Virus record (IMG/VR): IMGVR_UViG_3300031992_000011
Length of the DNA: 64,000 nucleotides
Source of the DNA: a virus
Taxonomy: Duplodnaviria > Caudoviricetes
Strand: one strand, 5' to 3'
Part shown: positions 9,018 through 19,629 of the stretch, in pieces
Numbering within the stretch: the stretch's first letter is position 1
Layout of the letters: every line of letters begins with the position of its first letter
Notes under the pieces: generated by a model
Databases searched by the model: none
What the model was told of the DNA's origin: nothing
What the model saw: the letters and a program-made list of their open reading frames with translations, nothing else
Position numbers and translations under genes: made by a program

Positions 9018-11441
9018 ATGGCAAAACTGAATGTGAACAATACCGACAAACTGGTGTTCGACCTAAGAATGCACCAGATTGACTACAACAAACAGAAGGA
9101 GGAATCACTGCGTCATCAGATAGCGGAGAAGTATGGTGTGCCCGTCAAGAATGTCGAGGTCAATTTCATACCACTGACAACGAATGACGACGGCGAGAAA
9201 ATATCACTTGCGGCAGACGTGATCGAGAACATACAGGACCCTAAGTTTCAGTCACAACTGTTCAGGGAGTATGTCAAGGCGAAGGAGTTGGAAGATGTGG
9301 ACTTTGAAGGCATAGACGCCATAGACGCACAGGTCAACGCACTGGTGGATTTCGACGCGTATGCGACATACAAGACATACAAGTTCAAGTATGTAAAGTG
9401 GGACAACTACCTGTCGTACGGAAGCGGCAACATGTTCGATTTCACCAAACTGCACGGACTTGTTCTGCTCAACGGACAACCGGAGAACCAGTGCGGAAAG
9501 ACGACTTTCGCGATAGACCTTCTGCGGTTCGCACTGTTCGGCCGCGCACACAAGTCGCCGGACCTGTCCAGCGTGTTCAACATTTACAGACCGGAGGACA
9601 CGCAGGTGATGGTCGAGGCTTGCATCGAAATTGACGGGGTGGACTATGTGATAAGGCGAACCGTCACGCGGCCGCCGCTCGCGAAGAGGACGGAGAAGAG
9701 CAAGCCCAAGCAGAAGGTGGAATACTTCCGGCTCACGAACGGAAACTACGAGGAGATGGAGAATGCCGAGGGCGAGAGTGGACGTGAGACAAACAAGATA
9801 ATCAGCGATTCCGTCGGCACGCTTGAGGACTACAACCTTATCATATCTGCGACGGCAAAAACTTTGGGCGACCTGTTGGACATGGGGCAGACTGACAAAG
9901 GCCGACTGTTCTCGCGATGGCTCGGTCTTCTTTCGATAGAGCGCAAGGAAGAGATAGCGAAGGACATGTGGAAAAAGAACATCTATCCGAAACTACTCTC
10001 GAACACCTATAACAAGACATCTATAAACGGGGAGATAAACGACCTCAAGAACTGCATAGCGGACAACGACAAAGGAATCGCGCACGAAGAGGAACTTCTC
10101 GCCGAGTCCAACAACAGACTGGCAAGTTTGAACAACCGGAAGACCGAAGTTCTGAGCAGCATGAAGGACGTCAGCGACACACTGACAAAGGATGACGTCA
10201 CGACCCTCGAGAACCGCAAGGCGCAAACCGAGACAGACCTTGCCAGATTCAGGGCGGAACTGTCGTCACTCAAGGTCGCCTACATGGACGTGAAAGATGT
10301 GAAATTCGACCCGGCCGAACTTGACACTGCAAACGAGACCTATGACCGTCTGACAAAAGAGAAACATTCGATAGAACTCGCCAACGCGGAACTCAAGGCA
10401 AACATAAAGCTGAAACGCGACGAAGTCGCCAGAATAAACGCGCTTGTCGCCGAGGGGAAATGCCCTACATGCGGACAGGATATTGACACCGACAGACAGA
10501 ACGAGAACATCAGCAAGATACAGGCCGAGATAAACTCACTGATAACCCAAGGTGTCGCCAACAAGGGGAAAATTGACGGAATCGTCGCAAAAATGGCGGA
10601 AACGTCGGAGCAAATCAGACGTCTGACCGAGTCTCAGGGCAAGATGAACACCAAGAGTTCGCTCGAACTCAAGATGATAGCCGTCAAGTCAAAGATAGAC
10701 AAGGCAAAATTGGAAATCGCGGACTATGAAAGACGGCTTTCGGAAGTCGAGAAGAACAAGGAGAACATCCGCATCAACAACGAGATAACACTCACCATCA
10801 AGACAATCGACGAGTCGATAAGGGTGGAGACACAGACCAAAGAGTCGCACATAAGGGCGATAGAGGTTTACAAGGGAGAAAACAAGCAGCACGGGAAGTC
10901 CATAAGCGACCGCGAGACCATAATCAGACAATTGGACGAGGAAGAAAGGACTATCCGGAACTGGAACCTATACCAACAGATGGTCGGGAAGAACGGAATA
11001 GTGAAACTGGTGCTCAAGAAGGCACTGCCTGTGATAAACAACGAAGTATCCAGACTGCTGAACGGACTCTGTGACTTTAAAGTGGAGGTGTCTGTCGGCG
11101 ACGACAATTTTGTCCACATGGATCTCGTCAGGGGCGGGCAGCATCTGGACCTTGGACGCGGCGCTTCCGGGTTCGAGTCTGTGATGGCCTCAATAGCGCT
11201 CAGACACAGTCTCGCCGGTATCGCGACCATGCCGAAACCGAACTTTACGGTGCTTGACGAAGTTCTCGACGGGGTCGCCGTGTCAAACCACGAGAACGTC
11301 CACGAACTGTTCAAGAGAATATCGAAGTCATACGACTTCATCATACACATCACGCACAACGAGTTGCTGTCCGACTGGCACGACTGCAACATCTGCGTGA
11401 CCAAGGGCGACGACATGGTTTCGCACATATCGCTCAAATAA
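9018..11441 (+). CDS. SbcC/Rad50-like (gp46-like) ATPase
   Basis: Walker A-like NQCGKTT, coiled coils, CPTC zinc hook, ASGFE signature, LDEV Walker B, ITH. Confidence 0.9.
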   Translation: MAKLNVNNTDKLVFDLRMHQIDYNKQKEESLRHQIAEKYGVPVKNVEVNFIPLTTNDDGEKISLAADVIENIQDPKFQSQLFREYVKAKELEDVDFEGIDAIDAQVNALVDFDAYATYKTYKFKYVKWDNYLSYGSGNMFDFTKLHGLVLLNGQPENQCGKTTFAIDLLRFALFGRAHKSPDLSSVFNIYRPEDTQVMVEACIEIDGVDYVIRRTVTRPPLAKRTEKSKPKQKVEYFRLTNGNYEEMENAEGESGRETNKIISDSVGTLEDYNLIISATAKTLGDLLDMGQTDKGRLFSRWLGLLSIERKEEIAKDMWKKNIYPKLLSNTYNKTSINGEINDLKNCIADNDKGIAHEEELLAESNNRLASLNNRKTEVLSSMKDVSDTLTKDDVTTLENRKAQTETDLARFRAELSSLKVAYMDVKDVKFDPAELDTANETYDRLTKEKHSIELANAELKANIKLKRDEVARINALVAEGKCPTCGQDIDTDRQNENISKIQAEINSLITQGVANKGKIDGIVAKMAETSEQIRRLTESQGKMNTKSSLELKMIAVKSKIDKAKLEIADYERRLSEVEKNKENIRINNEITLTIKTIDESIRVETQTKESHIRAIEVYKGENKQHGKSISDRETIIRQLDEEERTIRNWNLYQQMVGKNGIVKLVLKKALPVINNEVSRLLNGLCDFKVEVSVGDDNFVHMDLVRGGQHLDLGRGASGFESVMASIALRHSLAGIATMPKPNFTVLDEVLDGVAVSNHENVHELFKRISKSYDFIIHITHNELLSDWHDCNICVTKGDDMVSHISLK

Positions 11442-11463
11442 ACAAACTAATGTCTAACATTTA

Positions 11464-12162
11464 ATGAAGGTAAACAACAATGAAAAGCTAGAGGAAATTG
11501 ACATATATCTCGAACAGATAAAGAGATACAAACTGCTGACAAGGGAGCGCGAATACGAACTGTCAGAGAGGATAAAGAAGGGTGACGAACAGGCTCTTGA
11601 CGAGCTTGTGAACGCCAACCTTCGTTTTGTTGTCTCAATAGCGAAGGCTTACAAAAAAAGCGGGATTCCGTTCCACGACCTAATTTCCGAGGGCAACATC
11701 GGTCTGGTGAAGGCGGCCCGCAAGTTCGACCACACGAAGGGCGTCAAGTTCATATCATATGCCGTATGGTGGGTGAAGAGCCAGATACAGGAAAGCATCA
11801 AGGAAAACGCCAAGAGCGACAATTTCCACGGTGACGACTACATGGAGATGATGATGCGCGATTCTGATTTTGAGTACAAGACAAATCTCATCAACGAAGA
11901 CTTCGAGAACGATGTCGTCACAATGTCTAGCCGTCAGACTGTCATCGACGAACTGACCAAGGTGCTTAATGAACGAGAGAAAAAGATACTTCTGATGTAC
12001 TATGGTGTCGGGAGGAAATCGGAATGCACTCTTGAGGAAATAGGAAGTGAACTAAACCTGACCAAGGAACGCGTCAGACAGATAAAGGACAAGGCACTGA
12101 CAAAAGTGAAGATAAATGCACTGATATCCGATGAGTTTGACAGTTTCAGCGAGTCAAGATAA
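11464..12162 (+). CDS. RNA polymerase sigma70-family factor (no region 1.1)
   Basis: NLRFVVSIAK, DLISEGNIGL, FISYAVWW and region-4 TLEEIG..LTKERVRQI. Confidence 0.92.
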   Translation: MKVNNNEKLEEIDIYLEQIKRYKLLTREREYELSERIKKGDEQALDELVNANLRFVVSIAKAYKKSGIPFHDLISEGNIGLVKAARKFDHTKGVKFISYAVWWVKSQIQESIKENAKSDNFHGDDYMEMMMRDSDFEYKTNLINEDFENDVVTMSSRQTVIDELTKVLNEREKKILLMYYGVGRKSECTLEEIGSELNLTKERVRQIKDKALTKVKINALISDEFDSFSESR

Positions 12163-12186
12163 CACTACGAAATATTTATTTTTGAT

Positions 12187-12615
12187 ATGGCAACAAACAA
12201 AAAGACAAACAAGAAGACCGCGAAGGCGAAGAAAGTCAACGCCGACACCGAGTTAGCGACATCGGCCACCGTCATGACGACAAAAGCGCCCGAAACCGAG
12301 GACATCGCGGCGCAAGTGACACAGGACGACGCAAAAGATGCGATACAGGACGTCACAAAAGATGCGATAGAGGACGCCACCGAAGAAACCCCATCTGTTG
12401 AAACAGCAACTGAGGTGAACGACGACAATACCGTCGAAACCGTTGCCGCGTCTGAGACAGAAGGCGAGTCCGACGGGCAAGAAACACCGAACGATGAGGC
12501 GGAAAGAAAACCCGAACCAAAACCGGTGATGAAGAAACCAAAGAAAAAAGCACAAATAAAACTGAACGACATCTTTCGAGGAAACTACATGTTCGGTCAG
12601 ATATTCGATTACTAA
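12187..12615 (+). CDS. hypothetical low-complexity protein
   Basis: Basic ends and an acidic core; TATTTAT motif just upstream. Confidence 0.6.
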   Translation: MATNKKTNKKTAKAKKVNADTELATSATVMTTKAPETEDIAAQVTQDDAKDAIQDVTKDAIEDATEETPSVETATEVNDDNTVETVAASETEGESDGQETPNDEAERKPEPKPVMKKPKKKAQIKLNDIFRGNYMFGQIFDY

Positions 12616-12620
12616 AAACA

Positions 12621-13100
12621 ATGGCATACAGCGATGACGTATACAGCACACTGAAGAAGTGGCGGAAAGTGCTGAACGAGAGCGACAGCAAGGAAACAAC
12701 AGATGGCGTCCCATACACCATGCAGGACGAACTCATGCAGTCAATCACACAGACGGCGAAATCACAGTTCGGCGCCGACTTCTCCCAACTTAAGACACCG
12801 ATGATATATCATCCTGCGGGTAACGGGGAAAGCGAGAATGTGATACTGAGCGGTGTGGTCGGGTCGATGAATGACATGAAGTTCCACTTCAAATGGAAGG
12901 ATGACGCCGGCGGATGCTACATATGGACCAATCCGCTTATACTCTCAGAAGATACTTTAAAAATATTATCAGTAATATATGGTGTCTACAAGAACTGGAA
13001 GGAGGAACTGTCAGCGACAGAGGACGTAAAACCGATGAGTTTGAAGAACAAAGAAGTGGACGACGGGACTGTGCCGTCGATACCGAGCGGGAATTTCTGA
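12621..13100 (+). CDS. hypothetical protein
   Basis: 159-aa ORF; N-terminal VLNES segment of the LxE type. Confidence 0.65.
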   Translation: MAYSDDVYSTLKKWRKVLNESDSKETTDGVPYTMQDELMQSITQTAKSQFGADFSQLKTPMIYHPAGNGESENVILSGVVGSMNDMKFHFKWKDDAGGCYIWTNPLILSEDTLKILSVIYGVYKNWKEELSATEDVKPMSLKNKEVDDGTVPSIPSGNF

Positions 13101-13195
13101 TATAGACACAAAAGAAAACCAAGGCGACGCAGTGTGAAGTATACCGCTTGCGTCGCCTGACTATTTATTGTGTAGGAAGAAACAACAGACAGCAG

Positions 13196-13408
13196 ATGAG
13201 AAGAAGACATTATGCGCGGACAAGAATGAACGAAGAACTGACACGCAGTGAAGTGCGCGGCATTGTTGACAGCTGTATAGACGACTTTCTGAAGGAGAAG
13301 GAATTCAAGAAGGCGGTCAACGAACTGGTTGCGGACTCGCTTGACACGTTCTTCCGCGAGATGTGGACCAAACGAAGCGTGTGGAAAAACGCGGTTAAGA
13401 ACAGATGA
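13196..13408 (+). CDS. small hypothetical protein
   Basis: ATG at 13196 (or 13226), downstream of TATTTAT at 13162. Confidence 0.55.
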   Translation: MRRRHYARTRMNEELTRSEVRGIVDSCIDDFLKEKEFKKAVNELVADSLDTFFREMWTKRSVWKNAVKNR

Positions 13409-13412
13409 CGGC

Positions 13413-14555
13413 ATGGACAAGGAGAGAAGGAAAATACTGCAGAATTTCGCCAACAAGAACCCGAAATTGTTCTTCGCGTTGAACAAGTGGGTGCAGGTGA
13501 AGAACAAAGACTTCGGCGTGTGGACAGCGCTGAATGTGCTTTATGACGCTTCCGGTGGCGCTGAGCAGAAACTGAAATCAATGATAGCACAACTCACGTC
13601 CGAAAACAAGGTGCGCGGGAGAAGTCAAGTTTATGCGGACAAAAACCCTGAGGGCATGGACATTGTCAACGACACCGGAACGCCGAGGGTTGTCGGATAT
13701 TCCGAGGATTTCGAGGCGAGTCCAAAGGGGCAGCCGCAGCGCAACCCGTCGATTTTCAAGAAAGGCGACCCGTCGATGCAGACAAAGGTTCAGTTCCGTA
13801 GGAAGACTGACGCAGTCGGCGACATCGGGAAGGCGGTGCGCGAACTATATCCGGAAGCAGACGCCGACACACTGTTCAGGATAATATCGGCAATCGAAAT
13901 ATACTGCAGAGACAAGAAAATGGGATACAAGCGGATATTGAAACGCCTGAAAAACGGCAAACTTGCGTTCAACGACTCAACCGGGTGCATAGAAACCAAA
14001 CTCGGGGAGTCCGTCGAAAAGCGAGTCATCATACTGTCAGAGTCAACGGCCGACGACTTGAGGATGAGCGAATACAAGTTTGTGGAAAACATGAAGGCGT
14101 TCATACGTCAACTCAAGGACGATCCGGTAAACACGCAGACGTCGCCAAGACTGAGCGCAAACGGGTTCGGACGCACCGAGGCGATAAGAAAATTAATCGA
14201 GTACGGGGTTTTGTACAAGAAAAACAGAATCTCCGACAAGGATGAAGACGGAAAGCCAAAGACGGCGACCATGAAAGTCCGTTTCGGTGTAACGGACGGC
14301 ATGACGGCAGAGAAACTGCGACGGACACTCAAGAAAATGTACATGAATGAGTTTGACGGAGCGTCAGACGAGGGAATAAACGAAGCTTGCGCAGCCGGCG
14401 GTGCGATGGGCGGACAGACAATCGGCGCCGGCGACTATCAGTTCACAGCACCGGCATTCCCGATGATGAGAAGAACGGGCGATCCTTCCCTTTCGAGAAA
14501 GTCCGGCGATATCGCCACCGGCGGAACGAAAAAGAAGAAACGTAAAAACAAGTGA
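13413..14555 (+). CDS. hypothetical protein, possible internal head protein
   Basis: The ATG at 13413 follows the previous stop; contains IILSES and GINEA segments. Confidence 0.6.
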   Translation: MDKERRKILQNFANKNPKLFFALNKWVQVKNKDFGVWTALNVLYDASGGAEQKLKSMIAQLTSENKVRGRSQVYADKNPEGMDIVNDTGTPRVVGYSEDFEASPKGQPQRNPSIFKKGDPSMQTKVQFRRKTDAVGDIGKAVRELYPEADADTLFRIISAIEIYCRDKKMGYKRILKRLKNGKLAFNDSTGCIETKLGESVEKRVIILSESTADDLRMSEYKFVENMKAFIRQLKDDPVNTQTSPRLSANGFGRTEAIRKLIEYGVLYKKNRISDKDEDGKPKTATMKVRFGVTDGMTAEKLRRTLKKMYMNEFDGASDEGINEACAAGGAMGGQTIGAGDYQFTAPAFPMMRRTGDPSLSRKSGDIATGGTKKKKRKNK

Positions 14556-14791
14556 TTTTTGTCAAACAACAGGATAAAAACTTGGGAAGATGGACGCTAT
14601 TTATGGATACAGCAGGGAATCTGTGGGCCGTACGCTTGAACGCATCGACGAATTGACAGAGATGATAAGCGAAACCGAAAGAAATGACGGTGACACGGAA
14701 CAGAGGATCAAACTGATACAAGAGAAGATGCTCCAAGTCATGAAGATACCACCTGGGGCACTGTGGAAATTAAGATAAAAACATACAAACA

Positions 14792-15625
14792 ATGATACAA
14801 GAAGGAAAATATACGCTGGGCGAAATCATGTCCTTGCTCGAGGAAAGCACCAAATACCCGGTAAAGGGGGATAAGGTGGACAGGGAGGACAAGGCGAACA
14901 ACGACAAGGCCGTAAGCGATATCACCAAATCCGTCGAGAAATATGACGGCGGGCCAAGGGAACACAAACGCCCTGACAGGCAAAGCTACAAATACGACCC
15001 GAACAAGACAACGCTCGATGTCAGGTTCGACTACGATCCGGGTGACGAATACAGAGAAAGGGTGCGCTTACAGGTTGGAGGATTCAATTCAAAGGCAGAA
15101 AAGGACAGAAAGGTCCAAGAAAACGAAGAAGAACCCGTTGACCGAACAGGGAACGAAGCGTGGCTTGACGATCAGGAGGAAAAGAGCAAGAAACTCAACA
15201 CACGCCACGTGGAAATAAAGCATTCGGGATTCCAGACAAATAATCTCCCGAAATCATACGTCGAGAATGAAACAATGTTCAAAGAATCAAAGGCAATGAA
15301 ACGACTCCATTTCAAAAACACAATATTCCTGAGCGAGGAACAGATGCTCAAGAGAGTACCGGACGCGTACAAGGTCGACGGCAACAAGTTCATAATGCGT
15401 GACGCCAGCGGGACAGACTATATGGTGGAATGTAAGGTCGACGAGGACTTCGGGTACAAGCAGTTGAATGTAATCAACAAGATAAACAAACAGAGCGTAA
15501 ACGAAGAACTCGGCAGGATGAGAGACCTTTACGGGTACCGAAGCGAAGATAACCGCCGCGGCACAGAAAGCGGTGACATGTCGGAACTTCTCGAAACCGT
15601 CAGAAGGGCGAACAAGGGAAAATAA
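14792..15625 (+). CDS. hypothetical charged protein, possible head core/scaffold protein
   Basis: 277 aa with several hydrophobic-x-E sites (LLEE, MFKE, FLSE, SVNEE). Confidence 0.6.
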   Translation: MIQEGKYTLGEIMSLLEESTKYPVKGDKVDREDKANNDKAVSDITKSVEKYDGGPREHKRPDRQSYKYDPNKTTLDVRFDYDPGDEYRERVRLQVGGFNSKAEKDRKVQENEEEPVDRTGNEAWLDDQEEKSKKLNTRHVEIKHSGFQTNNLPKSYVENETMFKESKAMKRLHFKNTIFLSEEQMLKRVPDAYKVDGNKFIMRDASGTDYMVECKVDEDFGYKQLNVINKINKQSVNEELGRMRDLYGYRSEDNRRGTESGDMSELLETVRRANKGK

Positions 15626-15643
15626 ACACAGAATGAGGGATAT

Positions 15644-16345
15644 GTGATGGAACCGGGAATCGGATGGTTGGAGCGAACCGTTAACATGATCAAAAAGTAC
15701 GGTATATGGAAGGTGATACAAGGTCTTGTGGTTGTATGCTCTTTCGTATACATAATCTACAACATAGCCAATCTTGACAAAATATTCAAGAGCGCGTTCA
15801 CTGAGAGGGCGACATTCGCCCAACAACAGCACGACAAGGCGGTCGAGTACAGGAACGAGATAAAACCGGAAATATCAAGGATACTCAAGAACGCGATTGT
15901 TCAGTCCGGTTCTGACCGCGCATTCATTGTCGAGATGCACAACGGTACGAACAACACCGCCGGATTACCGTTCATATACGGAGAGATGACGTATGAGGAG
16001 GTCAGGGAGGGATACTCACACGTGGGTGACGGTTACCTGTCAATGAACCTGTCCAGATATGATTTCCCATTATACATAGAAAAGAACAAGATGTGGTGCG
16101 GAACTTCGGAGGAACTCATCAAGGTCGACGACAAATTCGCGCACAGGGTAATGGCCGACGGGGTTACGTACATCGGCATGATAGCAATAAACGGGTATTA
16201 CAACGAACTAGGCCTTTTCGGACTGACGTATTGTGACGGACACGTCCCGCCGGAGGGTGTAGACCTTGAAAAACTGCTTATTTCTGATGTCCAGAAACTG
16301 TCGATGCTCCTTGATACGTACGATAAGGACGAAATCAAAAAGTAG
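15644..16345 (+). CDS. putative holin-like membrane protein
   Basis: One N-terminal TM helix followed by a GAF-like domain (AFIVEMHNG), the layout of T4 holin T. Confidence 0.45.
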   Translation: MMEPGIGWLERTVNMIKKYGIWKVIQGLVVVCSFVYIIYNIANLDKIFKSAFTERATFAQQQHDKAVEYRNEIKPEISRILKNAIVQSGSDRAFIVEMHNGTNNTAGLPFIYGEMTYEEVREGYSHVGDGYLSMNLSRYDFPLYIEKNKMWCGTSEELIKVDDKFAHRVMADGVTYIGMIAINGYYNELGLFGLTYCDGHVPPEGVDLEKLLISDVQKLSMLLDTYDKDEIKK

Positions 16346-16351
16346 AACGTT

Positions 16352-16993
16352 ATGGCACTGACGCGCAAACAAAAACTGTGGATAGATGTGGTGCAGTGGG
16401 CGCTTATTGCTGTGTTGTTGGGCATATGCTGTGTTGTTTTCATCGGAAACAAGAACCTCAAACATGAGCGGGACATTGCAAAAGAAGAGTTGTACATCAA
16501 AATCTACCAGTCGCAGACAATCGAGGAACTCAAGAAGAAGAACAAGGAACTCTACGACTCTGTGATGTCGATAAACAACGGGAAGGACGCTGAAAGCGCT
16601 TTGCAGATACGGTACAAATACAAGTACAAGACCGACACTATCACCAAGACAGAATTTGTGCTGTCAGAAGACTCAGTCTACCACTATGTAAGTGACAACG
16701 ACACGATAAAGACGGAGATCGACGTCAAGGCCAAGGATCTGGCGTGGGTAAAGTCAAACACTGAGATAAGGGACAAGTTCACAATCATCAACCGCACGGA
16801 CGGTAAAGGGAACAACGAGACAACGATAAACCATTCAGCGAACGTCGAGATTGAGAAAGTGGACGCTTGGCGGAGAAAAACATCATGGAAGGACAGAATC
16901 AGCGCAGGACCGAGCATCGGTGCCGGATACGGGGTGTTCAACAACAAGTTTGATGTGTTCATCGGTTTCAGTGTGTCATACAAAATTAACTAA
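16352..16993 (+). CDS. putative spanin-like envelope protein
   Basis: N-terminal TM, coiled coil and C-terminal amphipathic beta strands (ISAGPSIGAGYG...GFSVSYKIN). Confidence 0.45.
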   Translation: MALTRKQKLWIDVVQWALIAVLLGICCVVFIGNKNLKHERDIAKEELYIKIYQSQTIEELKKKNKELYDSVMSINNGKDAESALQIRYKYKYKTDTITKTEFVLSEDSVYHYVSDNDTIKTEIDVKAKDLAWVKSNTEIRDKFTIINRTDGKGNNETTINHSANVEIEKVDAWRRKTSWKDRISAGPSIGAGYGVFNNKFDVFIGFSVSYKIN

Positions 16994-17051
16994 AAGAACT
17001 ATTGAGTTTTTTCGGTGCACGCCTTATCTTAAATGAAAAGGCGTGTTTTTT

Positions 17052-17234
17052 ATGCTTACGAAAATCTTAGTGTTCATACTCGTCATGGCGATCATCAGGG
17101 TTGTCATGGAGACAGCAAGACTCGTGTATTGTTTTGTCGCGAGCAAGCGATTCACAAACACAAATACGGGCACAGCGCTGACGGTCTCTTCCGTGGCGTA
17201 TATCATAACGATACTATTATGCGGCGTCCAATGA
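17052..17234 (+). CDS. small two-TM membrane protein
   Basis: Two hydrophobic segments; the stop overlaps the next ATG. Confidence 0.5.
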   Translation: MLTKILVFILVMAIIRVVMETARLVYCFVASKRFTNTNTGTALTVSSVAYIITILLCGVQ

Positions 17235-17782
17235 ACTCTCTACAGGACAAACTCGTAGAACTTTCCGAATACGCGATCGGGTTCAACGTGTATGACGGAA
17301 ACTTCCTTGTGCATGTCACATATAATGAAGGGTGGGCGGTCATCGAACCGTCGGACAGCTCGATCACGTTCATGAGGGACAAGAAGGACGGGAACACATA
17401 TTACTACTCGGCGCCGTTGACGACTGACATGTCAAAGATATTCAGCGCGATAGAGGAGACAATCAGCTACAACAAAGAACTCGAGGAAAAAGTCGTGCTG
17501 TTCAAGGAGAAAGTGGAGGAGATGCAGGAACTGTTCTCGTGCAAGAGCATAAGCGAACTCAGGAAGATGAGGTTTGACATACCTTCAACCCAACGCACGG
17601 AGAAACCAAAAAAGAAAACCGCACAAAAAAGGAAACCAAAGGTGGACGCGGCCGCAGTAAATCCCACTGTCAACAACGAAGACGGAAATGTTCCGGAAGT
17701 TCAGACTACGGGCGAGGACATCGACTCGGTGATAATGAACGCCATCAAGGAAAAGGAGGTCAGCGAAAATGCTTCTGTTTAA
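17231..17782 (+). CDS. hypothetical protein
   Basis: ATG at 17231 (MNSLQDK...); coiled-coil segment. Confidence 0.6.
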   Translation: MNSLQDKLVELSEYAIGFNVYDGNFLVHVTYNEGWAVIEPSDSSITFMRDKKDGNTYYYSAPLTTDMSKIFSAIEETISYNKELEEKVVLFKEKVEEMQELFSCKSISELRKMRFDIPSTQRTEKPKKKTAQKRKPKVDAAAVNPTVNNEDGNVPEVQTTGEDIDSVIMNAIKEKEVSENASV

Positions 17783-18182
17783 ACTCACAGTCTACATACT
17801 GTTCGCATATGGTCTTGCCAACATGGTCGTATACGCGAACGGGCCGTTCGGCATATTCGAGAAGTGGCGAAACCTGTCCCACAGGATAAACGCCGGTTTC
17901 GGCGAACTGTTCACGTGCATGATATGCTTCTCGACATGGATAGGCATCGTGTTCAGCCTGCTGAACTCGTTCGTCGTCACAAGTGTCGCTTTCACGCCGT
18001 TCAGCGTGGTCTTCGGCGCCGGACACAATGACGTGGTGATAAAGACCTTCATGGACATGTGCGCCACAAGCGGCGCCGTGTGGCTGCTGCACAATTTTGA
18101 GGAGGCGTTCGAGAGGCACTGGGCGAACTTCAGTGAAGCCGAGGACGAAGGAGACATAAAGGCTGACATTATCGAATACTGA
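17769..18182 (+). CDS. DUF1360-like membrane protein
   Basis: GPFGIF..WR and ELFTCMICFSTW (CxxC) between TM helices. Confidence 0.55.
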   Translation: MLLFKLTVYILFAYGLANMVVYANGPFGIFEKWRNLSHRINAGFGELFTCMICFSTWIGIVFSLLNSFVVTSVAFTPFSVVFGAGHNDVVIKTFMDMCATSGAVWLLHNFEEAFERHWANFSEAEDEGDIKADIIEY

Positions 18183-18385
18183 TGGGTATTGACGCGGAAG
18201 TCGCAAAAGAAATGGAGAAGATGAAGGTCGAGAGGACAATGCTGATGGAGGAACTGGCGCGGCACAGGGACAGCATGGCGGGAACTTTGCCTTCTGAGAT
18301 TGGCAACGGAGGGACTTTGGTTGTCAAGAAGGGGTTGTGGACAAGAATAAGGCAGAAGATATCAGCTATGTTCTGTAATGAGTGA
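18182..18385 (+). CDS. hypothetical protein
   Basis: Coupled 67-aa ORF. Confidence 0.5.
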   Translation: MGIDAEVAKEMEKMKVERTMLMEELARHRDSMAGTLPSEIGNGGTLVVKKGLWTRIRQKISAMFCNE

Positions 18386-18617
18386 GGAAAAGAGCAACAG
18401 CGTGCTTGAACGCATCGTGAAGATAGTCGGCGCAATACGCGAGAACACCGAACAGAAGGAGACGTGCACACTCATTGTGACACTGCCAGACAAGTCGGCG
18501 CTTGCTGACATTGACCGTGAGCTCTATGTGGACTCGAACGGGACGGACGAAGGTTTCACCCCCGGCGACGAGGTGGACGTGACCATATCCGGTGTCATGA
18601 TAAAACTCAAAGTTTGA
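18378..18617 (+). CDS. hypothetical protein
   Basis: Coupled 79-aa ORF. Confidence 0.55.
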   Translation: MSEEKSNSVLERIVKIVGAIRENTEQKETCTLIVTLPDKSALADIDRELYVDSNGTDEGFTPGDEVDVTISGVMIKLKV

Positions 18618-19512
18618 ACTGCCGTTTGATGGCGGTGCGCGTCCATCCTGTTTTTGCCTCTATGAGGTTCATCACCCAAGTCACGATGTCTCCGCCGGCC
18701 TTTCCCTGAAAGAGAACGCCCGGTTCTTTGACCTCTTCCTCGAGTTTGTCGTATAGCGCCTCACATTGTCCGGATGTCTTGCATGACACAAAGTCTATGT
18801 CCATGTCATCCTTTATGACCACAAGTTTGTTCTTGTACATCATCACCCTCTTGGACGACTCCTCGGTGGCGGAACTGATAATGTTCTCCTTAATGAATGT
18901 ATAATCCTTGCGGTCAGTGGAAGGGTTGTAACCATACACGTTGAAAGTCTCTTCGACATACCACTCGTCGCGCTTCAGAATAAGGTAATCGGAGCGGTTC
19001 GCGAAGTAGTGCTCCACAAATCTTCCGTCATCGTCCCTGAAGGAGGCGATGTTGCTTGTCCCTGACTCCTCGTCAATTTTCCTGACAAGCAGTATCTCGT
19101 AGTTCACCTTGGCAGAACGCTCACCCTGTTTCTGCCGTTTCTCGGACGTCTCGGTTATCACCGCCGGGAACTTTACGGACTCGCGGTTCTCCTTGAGCGC
19201 TTCCTCATACCTCTCATATGAAACAGACGCCCACCATGAGTGGCCGAGGTTCTTTATCTTCTTGCGGTTCTTAGTGATGATCACCATGTGCCAACCCTTT
19301 TTGTCACCCATCAAACGATGACGCTCAAGTTCGGCCTGACGCCTTTTATGGTACACCTTGTTGTTGTACTTGCGCCTTTTGCGGGCGCGCTGTTTCTCCT
19401 TTATCTCCTTCTGCCGCTGCTTCTCACGCTCTTTCTTCTTCGCCTCACGCTCTTTTGCGCGCTGTATTTTCTCCTCGCGCTCTCGCAGCAATCTCTCAAG
19501 TAACTTGGACAT
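18607..19512 (-). CDS. hypothetical protein with a basic coiled-coil N-terminus
   Basis: 301-aa ORF; TATTTAT on the minus strand at 19538-19544. Confidence 0.65.
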   Translation of the reverse strand: MSKLLERLLREREEKIQRAKEREAKKKEREKQRQKEIKEKQRARKRRKYNNKVYHKRRQAELERHRLMGDKKGWHMVIITKNRKKIKNLGHSWWASVSYERYEEALKENRESVKFPAVITETSEKRQKQGERSAKVNYEILLVRKIDEESGTSNIASFRDDDGRFVEHYFANRSDYLILKRDEWYVEETFNVYGYNPSTDRKDYTFIKENIISSATEESSKRVMMYKNKLVVIKDDMDIDFVSCKTSGQCEALYDKLEEEVKEPGVLFQGKAGGDIVTWVMNLIEAKTGWTRTAIKRQFKL

Positions 19513-19629
19513 TATCAGTTAAAAAATGTTTATAGCAATAAATATATCTTATTGAATGTATACTATTAAACCATCATGTAGTATCTATGGGGAAAGAAAT
19601 CAAGTTAAACTTTTAACACATAATTTGAT

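Noticed and set aside
9018-11441. Intein in the replication genes
   Set aside because: No C...HN(C/S/T) splice motifs or LAGLIDADG blocks; the length is explained by coiled coils.
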